Both the position numbers and the translations under genes were made by a program. Shown here piece by piece: positions 48,131 to 60,900 of a DNA stretch of 64,000 nucleotides; position 1 is the stretch's first letter, and the number at the start of each line of letters is the position of its first letter. Under the pieces are notes generated by a model. The model saw only the letters and a program-made list of their open reading frames with translations, was not told where the DNA came from and did not search any database. Source of the DNA: Cyanophora paradoxa CCMP329 (lineage: Eukaryota > Plantae > Glaucophyta); the NCBI GenBank assembly GCA_004431415.1, contig QPMI01000132.1, positions 4,836-68,835 on the forward strand, given 5' to 3'.

Positions 48131-48413
48131 TGTCGCGTGCGAGATTAGTGTGTCTAATCGTGCGCGCGAGAAGCCCGTGCGGAGTGCAAGCTCGGCAGGG
48201 CGGGGTTTGGCGAGTGCTGCTGCTGTTAGCCACCGTGATGGTAGACTGAGGGTGTACCCGTCCAACTACGGCGTACCCCGACACACGCATACAAATGACC
48301 GCGGCGCTCTAACTAGCCTAGGCGCCGTCGGCCTAGCAGCACGAAGGCTGCATACATCATCTAGAGCCCTAGCGGCTCACAATCGAGCATCCACTGTAAA
48401 GTCGGATGCGACA
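48131..48413 (-). repeat. 5' LTR of element B
   Basis: Identical to 25202-25484. Confidence 0.97.
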
Positions 48414-49563
48414 CGGCCTTCATAATTTCGGCCATGCATATTGATCATGATTCATGATCATGACGTCGCGATCGATATCAGCCTGCATAAGTTTTAGTGC
48501 GATTGGATATCGATGCGCGCCGCGGTGCGGGGTTTGCAGCTTATTTTAATTTGGCACGTCGGAGCCGATCGTTCTTGTGTCTTGAGTCTCTCGACGCAAG
48601 CGAGATCTAGAGCTGCTAGATCTACAGCTGCCTGCAAAAAGTCGCCTCGGAGGAGGCCGCCGCTGTACACGCTGGGCACGGCGCTACGATCCGCTGGGTT
48701 ACGTGATATCGCACCCGGTTGGACTCAGCAGACGCGCTCGTGAACTGCAGGACTGAAGGGGGTGGTTGGCTTTTGCATCGAGAGGTCGCTACAAACCGAG
48801 CAAGGAATGCTTCCAGCTCAAGGTCGCCGCGAGAACTTCGAGGTCGCCAATATCAGTAATGACAAACGGCAGTATTTTCTCGAAAATTCCCTGGTACTTA
48901 AAGTACGGTTTCAGTCGCTTTGCTAGGAAAGTGGGATCCTTAGCGGCCTGTACCCCCCTAAGCGGCATGCTCCGGCCGGCCGGCGCCGTGCGCGCGCATA
49001 CTCTACAGGCGCGGACGCACGTGCAGCCTGGCGCAGTACTAGTGAAATCGTCGGCACGCAATGCCTAGCTTAGGCATCTGCAGAGCCCCGGGGGCCGCAC
49101 CGTGACACTGCGGCGGCTTCAGCATGGCAGATCTAGCTATACTAACAAGAACTAGCCTTCAAGGATTGCGTGCATGTTCTCGATTAACCGCAGTACTAGT
49201 GCCAGCTGCAGGTTGGGGCATGGCCGCATGAGCACTCATGCGCGCCCGGCTCGCCCGCACTAGTACTAGGGCGGATCTCTAGTACTAGTCACTGAGTACT
49301 AGTAGGCTTCTCAGCCTGGCAGCATGCTGGCGACCGGTGCACGAGCACCGCGCGCGCCGGCCCGGCGCTGCGGCCGGAAGTACGCGCGCCAGCCTTGGAG
49401 ATTTTGAGAGATTAACTAGCCCCGCATGCATGTCCTCGATAACTAGCCCCGCATACATGTTCGTAATCCGTTCAATAAATTATTAGTTACTTAGCAGGTG
49501 AACAGGTGAACTTCGAAATGCGCACGGCACCGCCGCCTCGCGGGAATCGCGGCGGGGCGGGGG

Positions 49564-52500
49564 CTAGTCGGCGAGCTGCCTGCGGAGAAGGGGCAGGCCG
49601 GGCTCCGAGCCGCTCTTCTTCAGCCGCCGCGCCCTCAGCTTCGCCGAGCGCGCCGCCGACTGCTGCACCTGCGCCCCGCCCCGCCTCGCCCCGCGTCGCG
49701 CGACGGCCGGGAGCGGGGAGGGGGCGCCGGGCGGCGCACGTCCTCGCGGGTGGGAGGCGGGCGGAAGACCGGCGCGAGCTTCAGGCGGAGGCCCTTCGCC
49801 ATCTGCGCGCGCCCCGGCTCAGGGCGCGCGAGGGGCGGGGGTCTGGGCCGCCGGGGCGCGCGTTGCAGTTCCAAAGGGCGATGCGCGTGCGCGGGTTCTC
49901 CGGCGCGTGCAGCGCCGCCAGCGCCTTGTGCGCTGCGCCGGCCCGACGCCTCAGCGGGGCGGGGTGGGGGCGGGGGCGGGGCCGGGGGGCGGGGCGGGCC
50001 GCGGGTGAAGTAGTCGAGGGCCTGGAGGATGCGGCCCTGCATGAGCTCGCAGGCGCCGACGTTGTTCAGCAGCGCCGCCGTCTGCACGTGCCGCCCCCCG
50101 TGCACCTCCTCCCGGATCTGCAGCGCCTGCGAGCGGGAGGAAGGGGGGCGCTCAGCCGGAGGGGCGGCGGGGCGGGGCCGGGGCCGGGGCGGGGCGGGCC
50201 TGCTCGAACTCGACGGCGGCGTCCTCGAAGAGGCCCTTGTGGAAGGCGACGGAGCCCATCATCGCGAACCTGGCCCCGCGTCGCCCGCCTCGCCGGGGCG
50301 CGGGGCGGGCCGGGGCGGGCGGACGTGGTGGCGAGCTGGGCGTCGCGGCGCCAGTCGGGGGAGGACTTGACGCCCACCAGGCGCGCCACCTGCCAGAGGG
50401 TCACACGCCGCGGGTCCGGGGCCGGGGCCGGGCGGGGCCGGGGCCGGGCCTGGAGGGCCTCGTAGGCGGCGTCGAACTGGTCGGCGGCCGTGTGCGCCGC
50501 CGCCTGCGCCTGCAGCAGGTACACCTGCGCCGCCAGCGGCAGCGCGCTCTGCCCCGGCCCCGCCTCACGCGAGGGCGGCGCGGGGGGTAGGGAGGGGCGG
50601 CACGGTGAGCGAGGGGACGTCGGGGGCGCCGCCGCGGGAGAGGGGGCCGCGGCGGAGGAAGGACTTGAGGATGGCCTCGGGGGGCGCCCGCCGCGCCCCG
50701 CCGGCCCGCAGCAGCCGCGCCTCCCACTCCTCCCGCGCCCGCCCCAGCACCTCCACCGCCGCCTGCCGCCGCTCGGCCGGCGCAGAGGGGGCGGGGGGGC
50801 CGGGGGGCGCACGAGGGGCTGGCCGGAGTGGAGGAGCTCGGAGGAGGCGTGGAGGGCGTTCTCGACGCGGGCGGAGGGGGCCGGCGGGGCGGCGAGGACC
50901 TCCTCGATCAGCCGCGGCACCGCCACGTCCCGCGTCGCCCCGTCCGGGCACCGCTGCCCCCGCCCCGCCGTCACGCCCCGGCGGGGAGAGGGCAGGGCAA
51001 GGGGCGGCGCGGGCGCCTTGGCGACGTTCGCCCACTTGACGTGCCAGTACTCCTCCTCCAGGGGGGGCGGCCCGTCCCACCCCTCCCCCTCCTCGTCCAC
51101 TGGCCCCGGGCCCCTCAGCCGCGCGGGGAGGGGCCGCTGGGAGCAGGGCCGCACGGCGGGCGTGCTTGGGTGGCAGGCGCCACTCGACGAAGGTGTGCCG
51201 CTTGTACGGCGTCTGGAGGTACCCGAAGAAGTCGTACAGCTGGCGGTGCCGCGTCAGGAAGGAGGGGGGGGGAGAAGGGCGGGGCGCGCGCCTTGTCGAA
51301 GAGGGTGTCGTCGGCGGGGGCGGCGCCGTCGGGCCCGGGCTCCCGCCGGAACATGAGCAGCGCCAGCCGGCACAGGGCCTGCGCGCCCCGCCGGCCCCGC
51401 CCCGCTCGCAGGAGGGCGGGGGTCGGGCGCGCGGGGCGGGGCCCCGGCGGGTGCGCGCCTCCCTGAACTCGGCGGCGTCGATGTTCACGTCGTCGTTGTC
51501 GTTCGCTGCCGCGGGGCGTCGGGAACGGGGGCGAGGGGCGCGGGCCGGGCCGCACTGCTCCGAAAGATGCGGGTGAGCTCGGAGAGGGTCGCGAAGGTGG
51601 GGAAGATCCTGCCCCCGGCCCCCGCTCGAGCCGCCCGGGGCGCCCGGGGAGGGGCGGGGCGGGCGCGCCCGAACTGGCGCGTGAAGGTGATGAAGAGGTC
51701 GAGGTTCAGCTGCCGCTTGATCTTGCCCCCGGCCGCCTCCTGCGCCTTCTTGCTGTTCCGCTTGTCCTGCCCGCCCCGCCCCTCGCCACGCGAACGAGCG
51801 AGGGGACGGTGGAGGGGGGACGGGGCAGCGCGAGGGGCGCTGGAGTAGTCGGGGCGGGGGCCGGGGGGGCGGGCCTGCATGGCGTAGTGGACGAATAGGC
51901 GCTGGACGTGCTCCGCCGCGTGCCGCAGCAGGCCCTCCACCTGCCCCGGCCCTCAGCGGCCTGCCGCGCCGCGGGGCGGGGCGGGGGGTGGCGGGCCTTG
52001 GGGTCGCGCATCTGCTCCTTGATGGGGTCGAGCGCCTTCTCCCGCTTGCCCCAGCGCAGCACGTGGCCCTCCACCACACGCTCCACCGCCTCCTCCACCG
52101 TCTCCGGCCCCGCGCCCCCCGCCCCCGCCCCCGCCGCCCCCGGGGCCCCGCCCCCCGCGCCGGCCGCCTCCGCCTCCTCCGGCCACGCCCCCGCCGCCTC
52201 GGGCCCCGCCGCCTGCTCGCCCCCTCGGGGGCCGCCTCGGCGCCCGCCCTCTCCCCCGCCTCGTCCGGGCGCCGGCCTCTGCCTCTGCCTCGGCGTCGGC
52301 GTCGGCGTCGTCGCCGGGCTCGGGGTCGGTGAGGATGGCGGTGCGGGCCGTGGGCGCCCCCGCCCGCTCCGCGCCGTCGCCAGCGGGCGGGCCGGCAGCC
52401 GCCCCCGCTTGAGCAGCGCCAGCGCCACGAGGGCGACCTGGAACTGGCGGAAGTCGAGGCCGTCGTCCGCCGCTGCGGCGTGTGAGGCGGCGGGGGCGGG

Positions 52501-53426
52501 GCCGGCGGGCAGCGACGCCGGGGCGCACCGCCGACGAGCTTGAGGAGCTTGCGGAAGAAGATGTCGATGCCGACCTGCCCGCCCCGCCCGCCTCGCCGGG
52601 CGCCCCCCGGCGGCCGAGGCGGGGGGGCGCGGGGGCGGGCCTGGGGCAGGGCGGAGTCGTACAGTTGGCAGTCGCGGAGCATGCGGGTGAAGCCGGGCAT
52701 CGGCATGCTCGTGAAGCGGCCCTGCGCCCCCGTCAGGCCCCCGCGCACCCCGGGCCTCGGGGCGCCCGGCGGGGCCGGGCCTTCTGGGCGGAGGCGCAGT
52801 AGTAGGCGAAGACGAGGGCGAGCTCGTCGCCCCGCTCGAGCCGCTCCAGCGCCCCCAGCCGCCCCCGCGCCTCCTCCACCAGCTCCCCTGCCCCCGCCCC
52901 CTCAGCACCCCGCCCGCCCCCCGCCGGCCCTCGCGCGGGCGGGGGCGGCACCGGTGAGCGTCGGGCCCTCGGAGGCCGGCCTGGGCGGGGCGCGGTGCGC
53001 GGCGATGACGGCGAGGCCGGCCCCCTGGAAGTGCACCTTGGCGTTGCCCAGGATGCTCGCCCGCCGCGGCCCCTCGCCCCCCGGCCCCTCCAGCCCGCCC
53101 GACGGCAGCGCGATCGACGCCGGCGCCGTCGCGCTTGCCCGCAGGTTCAGCGGCTGACTGGCCTCGCCTATCGCGGAGGCCCGCCGGCTGTTCCGCCTTA
53201 TCCACGTCGCTGCCGCAGGCTTAGCTAACCGGGCGCCCCGCGCGCGCGGCGTCGTACCGGCGTTCCCGGCGGCCTGCTGGAGGTTGGGGGTGCTCTGGAT
53301 GGTGGGGTGGGGCCCCAGCGCGCTGCCCCGCCGGCTCGTCCTCCCGCGCGTCGGCGAAGTCGAAGACGGCAGCGACGCGGTGCTCGCGAGCTGCGAGGGC
53401 GCCCTGTCCTCGCCCTCGCCCTCCAT
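49564..53426 (-). CDS. Multi-exon gene: p25-alpha/EF-hand-like repeats plus C-terminal TPRs (possibly cytoskeletal or flagellar)
   Basis: Exons LVFAYYC..MPMPGFTRMLRDCQLYD..GIDIFFRKL..LDFRQFQVALVALA (p25-alpha-like); LFVHYA..LNLDLFITFTRQF..ELTRIF..IDAAEFRE-ALCRLA; TPRs GSVAFHKGLFEDAAVEFEQ-ALQIREEVHGGRHVQTAALLNNVGACELMQG. Confidence 0.72.
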
Positions 53427-53947
53427 CGCCCCGCGCGCGCCTCGAGCGCGCCTGTGGCCCGCTTGGCTGGCTCGCCTAGCTTGTAGGCTGGCCTAGCTCG
53501 ACCCCAAACGTTCCCTTGCCATTCCAGGCCCCCGCGGGTCTCTGGGCCTCGCAGAGCTGATCAGAAGATTCTGCAGGGCTAGGATAGTGGCCCGGTAACT
53601 GCTCAGTGTCTTGCTGGAAGCGGTTCGCCGAGTCGCGGCATAAGGGCTCTGCGGCTGCTATAAGTGACGTCTCAAAAGACGGTTGCTACCACCAGAATGG
53701 CTGCTGCTGCGCTGCGCTCTCTTTTCCTTGCTGAGCCACTTCGAAACCCGAGCGAGCCCATTTCGTGCGGCAAGGGTACAGGCGCTCTGGTTGCGTGGAC
53801 GGTGTTAGCCGGCTTCTCGGATCGTTGAAAACGCCCCAATACGTACAAGCAAGGCGGCCGCATTCATAGGAGCGCAGCTGCGGGCCCGAGCGGCCCAACA
53901 GCGGCCACTGCGCCAGAGCGGTAACCGCCACCGCGAGGCAAGCTGCA

Positions 53948-56831
53948 ATGGAGGCCGGCGCGACGCTGCAGCTAGCCTCGGTTCTGGCGAGCCAGCAGAG
54001 CGCGCTCGCCGTGCTCCAGCAGAACGCGCTCGCCCAGGTCCAGGCAGCGCTAGAGCACGCCCGAGCGCTCGGCAGCTTGCAGCCGGGCGACGATCCGCCG
54101 CCGCCGTCGCATGCAGAGGAGTACTACATAGAGGAGGAGGAGGAAGAAGAGGAGGAGGAGCTGCCTCGCCAGCGGGCGCCGACGCAGGCGCGACGGGTCG
54201 CCCGGCACAGCCCGGTGTGCCTGGCGGCGACGCCGCCGTGCACGCTGCCGGACACAGTGCCGACCTCGTGGGATGAAGCCTGCGGGCTCCTGGAAGCGTT
54301 CGCGAGCGCCCGGGGGTTCCTCCCGGGCGACCCTCCCCCCGAAGGGTGCGCACCGCCGCTGGCCCCGCGCGCGAGCGAGGCCGACCGGCGACGCGCAGGG
54401 CGCCGCCGGTGGAATACGAGCACTCGGCGCTGGCTGATCGAATATACGCATCCGAGGAGATCGAGTCGGCGCTGGCGGCGTTCGTCGCGGACCAGCGGCG
54501 GCGGCGGGCGGCCTACATGCTCCCGCGGCCTCTCGCGCAGCGGCTTGAGCAGATCCCAAACTGGAGGCGCGCCCCCGCCGCCCCGCGCTGTCTCCCGCCC
54601 CCGCCTCGCCCCGCCCCAACGGTGCGCGGGTGCAGCTGGGAGGCGAGGGCCGGGGTGGCGCCGCCGCCCCCGCCGGCCTGGGTGGAGGAGTGCGAGGCGG
54701 ACTGGTCCGAATGGGACCGCCAGTTCAGGCGCGCCCCGGCCCCGCCCCGCCGCCGCCCCGCCCCGCCGCCGCCCCGCCTCGCCCCGCACGCCCGAGCCGC
54801 CTTCCCGCCCCGCAGCCTGCTGGAGGCGTACGTCTCGCGACTGGGCACCTTCCCCAAGCTGTGCGCCGGCCTCCCCGGCCCCCGGGGCGGAACGGGGCGA
54901 GGCCGACGGGGCGGGGCGGGGCGGGGCGCAGGAAGAAGGCGAGGCAGGAGGAGCTGAGGGCGCAGCCGGAGCTGGCGGAGAGCCGGGCGCACGCCTTCGC
55001 GGAGGCGCAGAAGGAGGCGCAGCGCGAGGGGCGCCTCCCGCAGCCCCTCTGCGACGCCCTCGAGCGCCTCCCCGGCTGGAGGCGCGCCCCCCCGCACCCC
55101 GCCCCGCCCCGCCCCGCCCTCAGCTGGCGAGCGGCGGGGGCAGCTGGCCGGTGGTGGCGTGGGGGCAGTGGAAGAACCAGGCCGCCGCGCTGCGCTCCTG
55201 GATCGAGCGCGAGGGGCGCATGCCCTCCAGGCCCGCCCTCCCCCCCGCCCAGCCCCGCCCTGGCCTCGCCCGGCGCGCCCGCTGAAACGAGGCGCGACGC
55301 AGGAGCAAGCACAGCGACGCGCAGGAGAACAAGTGGGCCGAGTTCGTGAAGAACGCGCAGGTACCCCCCTTTGATCCTCCGCCCGCCCCCCGCCCCGCCC
55401 CGGGCGACGCGGGGGGCGGGCAGTACAAGTACAAGAAGGGGCAGCTGGACGGGAAGAAGGTGGCGGCCCTGGAGGCGATCCCGGGCTGGTCGTGGACGCC
55501 CCGCCGCACCATCGGCTACATCCGCGACGACGAGGCGCGCCCCCGCCCGCCCCGCCCCCCGCCCCGCCCCTGAGCGCGCGCGGGGGCCCGCAGTTCATGG
55601 AGCGGCTGGCCGAGATCGCGCGGCTGCTGGAGACCGAGAACCGGTACCCCTCCCACAAGGACCAGCGCGCCCTCGCCATCTGGCTCTACGACCGCAAGTC
55701 GGAGTACCGAAGGCGCGGCGGGGGCGCAGCGGGGGCGGGGGCGCAGGCCTGAGGGTGCGGGGGCAGGGGCGAGCTCTCGGAGGAGCGAATACGGGCGCTG
55801 GAGGCGCTGCCGGGGTGGAGCTGGGGGGTGCCGCGCCCCCCCAAGGCCCCCTCGCCGGAGGAGTTCCTCGAGAAGGCCGCGGAGGTCGCCGCCTGGGTCC
55901 TCGAGCGCGGCGAGCCGCACGCCCCGCCCCGCCGCAACGACAAGGGCGGCATCTGGGTCATCACCGCCCGCTCCCTCTACGCCTCCGGTGCCCGCCCCGC
56001 GCCCCCGGCGCGCGAGCGGCGCCGACGCGGCGGGGCGGCGCGGGGCGCAGGGCAGCTGACGGCGGAGATGGTGGAGGCGGCGGAGCGCATCCCGGGCTGG
56101 AGCTGGCGCCCCGAGCGCGCGCACGGCTCTGGCCGGCGCGCCGCCGCCGAGTCGCCGGCCGCGGGGGCCTCCTCGGGCGACGAGGCGCTGGCCGGGGCGC
56201 CGGCGGCCAAGCGGCGGCGGGGGGTGCGGGGCCGGGGCCCCTGCCGGGCGTCTCGGCCTCGTCGCAGCGCTCGGCCTTCACCGCCTCCTTCTATTCGTTC
56301 CTCACGGGGGAGGCCATCCCGGGGCTCGGGCCCCGCGACCCCCTCCGCGGCCTCTCGCCCCCGCCCTCCCCGCGCCCCGACCCGGGCCCCGGCCAGGACC
56401 CCCACGAGCCCGACCCCGGCCCCCGCCGCCCCTCCTCGCCCGCCCCAGCGCCGCCCTGCCACCCCCACCCCGCCCCGCCCCGCCCCCGCCGCCCCGGCTG
56501 CCGCCGCGGGCCGCGCGGCTGGCGGCGCCGCCCTCCGACGACGACTTCGACTCGGAGCTCATCGCCGCCGCGGAGGCCGGCGCGGCTAGCGAAGCGGCGG
56601 CGGCGGCGGCGGCGGCGGCGGGCGGCGGGGGCGCGGGGGCAGGGAGGAGGGGCACCCCCCGGGCTCCGCGTGGGCCCGCCGAGCGCGGCGGGGGCGAGCG
56701 GGCCGGCGGCGTCGCCGGTGCCGTCGCCGGGGCCGGAGGGGAGCGGGGCGCAGCAGCTGGCGGCGGCGCTGGCGGTCGTCCAGCAGCTGGACCTGCAGGC
56801 CCAGCTCGCCCTCGCCGCCGTCCACGCCCAG

Positions 56832-56870
<39 letters not shown>

Positions 56871-57230
56871 ACGCCGGCGGGGGCGCAGGCGGCGGGGCAG
56901 TACGAGCAGCTGCAGGGGGCGTTCGAGCAGCTGCAGGCGCGGCGGCGGGCGCTGCAGCAGGCGGCGGCGGCCATCGCGGGGCAGCTGCCGCCCGAGGCCC
57001 TCGCCGCCGTCCACGTCGCGCTCCAGCTGCAGGCCGCCGCGCAGGCGGCGCAGGCCGGCGGGGCGGCGGGGCGGGCATGGCGGGGCCCTCGGAGGAGGCG
57101 GCGGCACGGCAGCTCGCGGCGGCGGGGCTCCCGGGCCTCCTCCCCTTCCTCCAGGGGGGCCCGCCACTCGGCCCTGGCCCCGCCCCCGTCTCCCTGTACA
57201 GCGCACCACCCTCCTGAAATCGAGCACTAG
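53948..57230 (+). CDS. Multi-exon gene with five tandem helicase-associated (HA, PF03457-like) domains and Q/A-rich ends (3' end approximate)
   Basis: Repeats ending RLEQIPNW-SW, ALERLPGW-SW, KGQLDGKKVAALEAIPGWSW, ELSEERIRALEALPGWSW and QLTAEMVEAAERIPGWSW. Confidence 0.8.
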
Positions 57231-57916
57231 TACTCCTTCCGGCTCGATATCACGATTCACGAGTCACGATCGCGATCACGTCCGGCCGCGGGACGGTACC
57301 CGGTCCGGCGCGCGCCGCGGCCGGCGCGCGAGCTCGAGCAGCTGCGCACAGTGCGCAGTGCGCATGCGGCCTGCTGCCTGCACTGCGCCCTGCGCATGCA
57401 GCTCGAGCTCCGCGGCGCCGGGCCCCGCCGCCGGCGCGGCCGGCCGCTTCGGCGTCGATGTCGACGTCGGATACGCGGCTGTAAAGCGCATTCTGATTCG
57501 TCCGACACCACGTGCAATTTGAACCATCCCATGCGGCTTCGAATCTTGGGAGGGCCAGTTTCGTACTTGAGGACGCTGAACTTCTGCGCGCGCTCCGCCG
57601 CGCTGACGTACGCGTCGATCGGATGCGTGACTGCGTGACAGCACCTCCGATCCTGTTGGCGGTGCGCATGCCAGCGGTGCGCTTATATATACAGCTATAC
57701 TATGATAGCAGACCTTCGAGATTCGCGCTGCAAATTGAAGTTGCAATGTCCGGACCGCAACAAGCCGCTTCATAGCAGCAAAGCGCAGCAACGGCGCTCA
57801 TCAGCGTCGAAGAACGCACGCGGGGTCGGCGGAATTCGGAAACCGGTTAACGTTAACGTTGTTGACGGAGCTCGAGCGAGGGATCTCGGGAATTCCGAAA
57901 ACGCGACCGCGCTGCG

Positions 57917-60900
57917 ATGACTGCGGCCGAGGCCGTCGGCGATGAGCGCGAGGCGGCGGCTGCCGGCGCTTCTGTGACGCTCGAGCGGTCGCCGCTGACC
58001 GCCCCCGCGGCCGCCGTGCCGCGCGCCCACCCGTGCGCTGACACGTGTACGCGGCGCAGGCTGCTGGAGCGGCGGGGGCGGCTGGACCCCGCGACGGTGC
58101 TCGACATCGCTGTGGCGCTGGCGCGGCTCGCGCACGCGCGGCACCGCGCGGGGGAGCTGCTGAGCGGGCCCCTGCACCCGCGATGCGTGCGCGTCGAGCT
58201 CCGCGGCGGCGAGACGAGCGTGGAGCTGGAGGCGCCCGCCGCCGACCCGCCGCCCCTCGAGGCGGCCGCCTTCTCCGCCCCCGAGCTCACCGGCCGCATG
58301 GACCCCTCCGCCGGTGCCCCCCCCCCCCCGGCCGACCCCGCCCCGCCCCCGCGTCACGCCGTTCGCCGCAGTCATCGACGAGCGGACGGACCTGTACCGA
58401 ATCGGCGTGCTGCTATACACCGCCCTCGCCGGCTCCCCTCCCTTTTCGGGGGGTGCCCTCATCGAGATGGTCCACGCCCACCTCGCCAAGCGGTGACCCC
58501 TCCGCCCCGCGCGCGCGCTCGCGCGCTCCCCTCCTCCGCCCTCCCCTCCCTCGAGGCTCGCCCCGCAGGCCTCCGCCGCTGCGGGCAGCCCCGCGCGCCC
58601 TCGAGGCGATCGTCGACGTGCGCGTACCCCCGTCTCTCACCGCCCCCCCGCCCACGCTCTCGCCGCAGCGGCTGCTGGAGAAGAGCCCCGCGGCTCGCTA
58701 CCAGTCCGCCTTTGGCCTCCTCCACGACCTGCTCCGGTACGCCCCCCCCCCCCCCCCTCCCCCTGGAACCCTCCCCCCTCCTTCTCGCGAGCGCCGGGGG
58801 GCAGGTGCCGGCGGCTGCTGCGGGAGGGCGGGGGGGAGGCGGTGCCCTTCGCGCTGGGCGAGCGGGACCGGAGCGGGCGCCCCGACCTGAGCGACGCGCT
58901 GCACGGGCGCGCCGCCGAGCTCGCCGCCGCCCTCGCCGCCATCCGCCGCGCCAAGGCCCGCCCCGCCCCCGCCCCCTTTCCCCAGCGCCGCCCCTGACGC
59001 CCCCGCAGGCCACCGGGACCCCCTGCGTCATCCTCATCAGCGGGCCCCCGTGCGTGCCGCCCTCGCCGGCAAGCGCGCCGGCCCGGAGCGAGGCGGCGGA
59101 CGGGCGGGGCCAGGGGCGCTGGCAAGACGTTCCTTGCGCGCGAGATCGGGCGCCGTGCGGTGGCGCAAGGGATCGCCTCGCGGCTGATCGCGGGGAAGGC
59201 GCGCGCCCCGCCCCCGCGCGCTGCCCCGCGCGCCCGAGCGGGACGCAGGCGGACCAGTACAGCGCGGTGCCGTACGCCGTCATCTCGCGCTGCCTCGAGG
59301 ACCTCGCCGGCCAGGCGCGCCGGCCCCGCCCCCGCCCCGCCCCGCTGCGCGGCCCCTGGCGAGCCGCGCTGGGGGGCCGGCAGCTGGCGGCCTCGCGCAA
59401 AGATGCGCCGCTGTGGCGGGGGGCGCTGCTGCGGGCGCTGCAGGGCAACGCTGCTCTCATTGCCGACGTCGCCCCCGCCACGCGGCTCATCCTCGGCAGC
59501 GACCTGCCGCCCGTCGGCGAGCTCCCGCCGGGGGAGCTGCAGGCGCGGTTGCGGGCAGGGATCGAGGCCTTCGTGCGGGTGGCGGTGGCGGGGCCCAGCC
59601 CGGCGCCCGGGGCCCGCCTCGCCCCGCTGCTCCTGCTCTCGGACGACATCCAGTGGATCGACGCCGACGGCTTCAAGGTCTCCACGGTCCGTCCCCGCCC
59701 CGCCCGCCCCGCCCGCCTCCCTCCCGGGGCCCCGCCGGACGCGGGCGGGCGCGACAGATCCTCCTCGCCCCCGACCTCCCCGTCGTCGTGCTGGCGACGG
59801 CGCGCGAGGGGGCCGGCGAGGGGGCGCCCCCGGCCCCCCGCCCCCGGCGGCGCCCGGGCCCGCGTCTTAGAGCTCCTGCGGCCCTCCGTCACCGTCCTCG
59901 ACCTCGCGGTGCGCCCCCGCCCCGGTCGCCCCCGCCCCCGCCGCCCACCCCGCCGCCCCCGCCAGCTGGGGCCGCTGCGGCGGGAGGACTACCGGCAGCT
60001 GGTCTCCCACGCGGTGCCAGCGCCCCTGCCCGGCGCCGCCCTGCTCGCACCGAGGCGGGGGCAGCTGAAGGAGGGCGGGGAGGGCCTCGTCGACGCGCTT
60101 GCGGGGGTGCTCGAGGCCCGCTCCGGGGGCAACCCGCTGCACGCCGTCCAGCTCCTCCGCGCCCTCTGCGAGCAGGCGCCCCCGCCCCCGCCCCGCCGCC
60201 CCACGCCCCGCTGAGGGCGGGGCAGCGGGCGCTGCGGTTCGAGCACGAGGCGGGGCGGTGGGAGTGGGACGAGGCGCGGGCGGAGGCGGCGGGGGAGGGC
60301 GCCGGCCTCCTCGACGCCTTCACCGCCGCCCTCCTCGCCCTCCCCGCCCCCTCCCGCCACGCCCTCCAGGTCCCACCCACCCCCTTTCCCCCGTCTCCTC
60401 CAGGCGTGATGCCGGGGCGGCGCGGCAGGTGGCGAGCTGCTGCGGGCCCCGCTTCGACGTGGAGACGCTGGGGACGGTGCTGGGCGTGCCGGCGGAGGAG
60501 GCGGCGGGGCGGCTGCGGGCGGCCCTCGCCGCCCGCCTCCTCGTGCCCCGCGAGGGCCCCGCCCCGGGCGCCCTCTCCTTCCGCCACGACCGCATCCAGC
60601 AGGCGCGCCGCCCCGGGCCCTGGCCCCCTCCCCCGCCCCTGACGCCGGGGGCAGGCGGCGCACGAGCTGCTGGAGCCCGGGGAGCGGGCGGCGCTGTGCC
60701 TGCGGGCGGGGCTCCTGCTGCGCGCCTCCCGCCCCGACCTCCCCGCCTCCGAGGCCCTCTACGAGGCGCGCAGCCCCCGCGGCCCCCCCCCCTCCGCGCC
60801 CGACCCGCCCCGCAGGTAGCCAACCTGCTCAACTGCGGCCTCGCCGGCCCGGGGCCGACCAGGCGGCCCTCGTCGCGGTGGCGGAGGTCAACCTGCACGC

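Larger units (their letters stand above)
25202..48413 (-). mobile_element. Complete giant Ty3/Gypsy LTR retrotransposon B (~17.0 kb without its two nested inserts)
   Basis: Identical 283-bp TG..CA LTRs, 5-bp TSD CGGCC (25197-25201 / 48414-48418), PBS, PPT, and gag-PR-RT-RH-IN on the minus strand. Confidence 0.97.
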
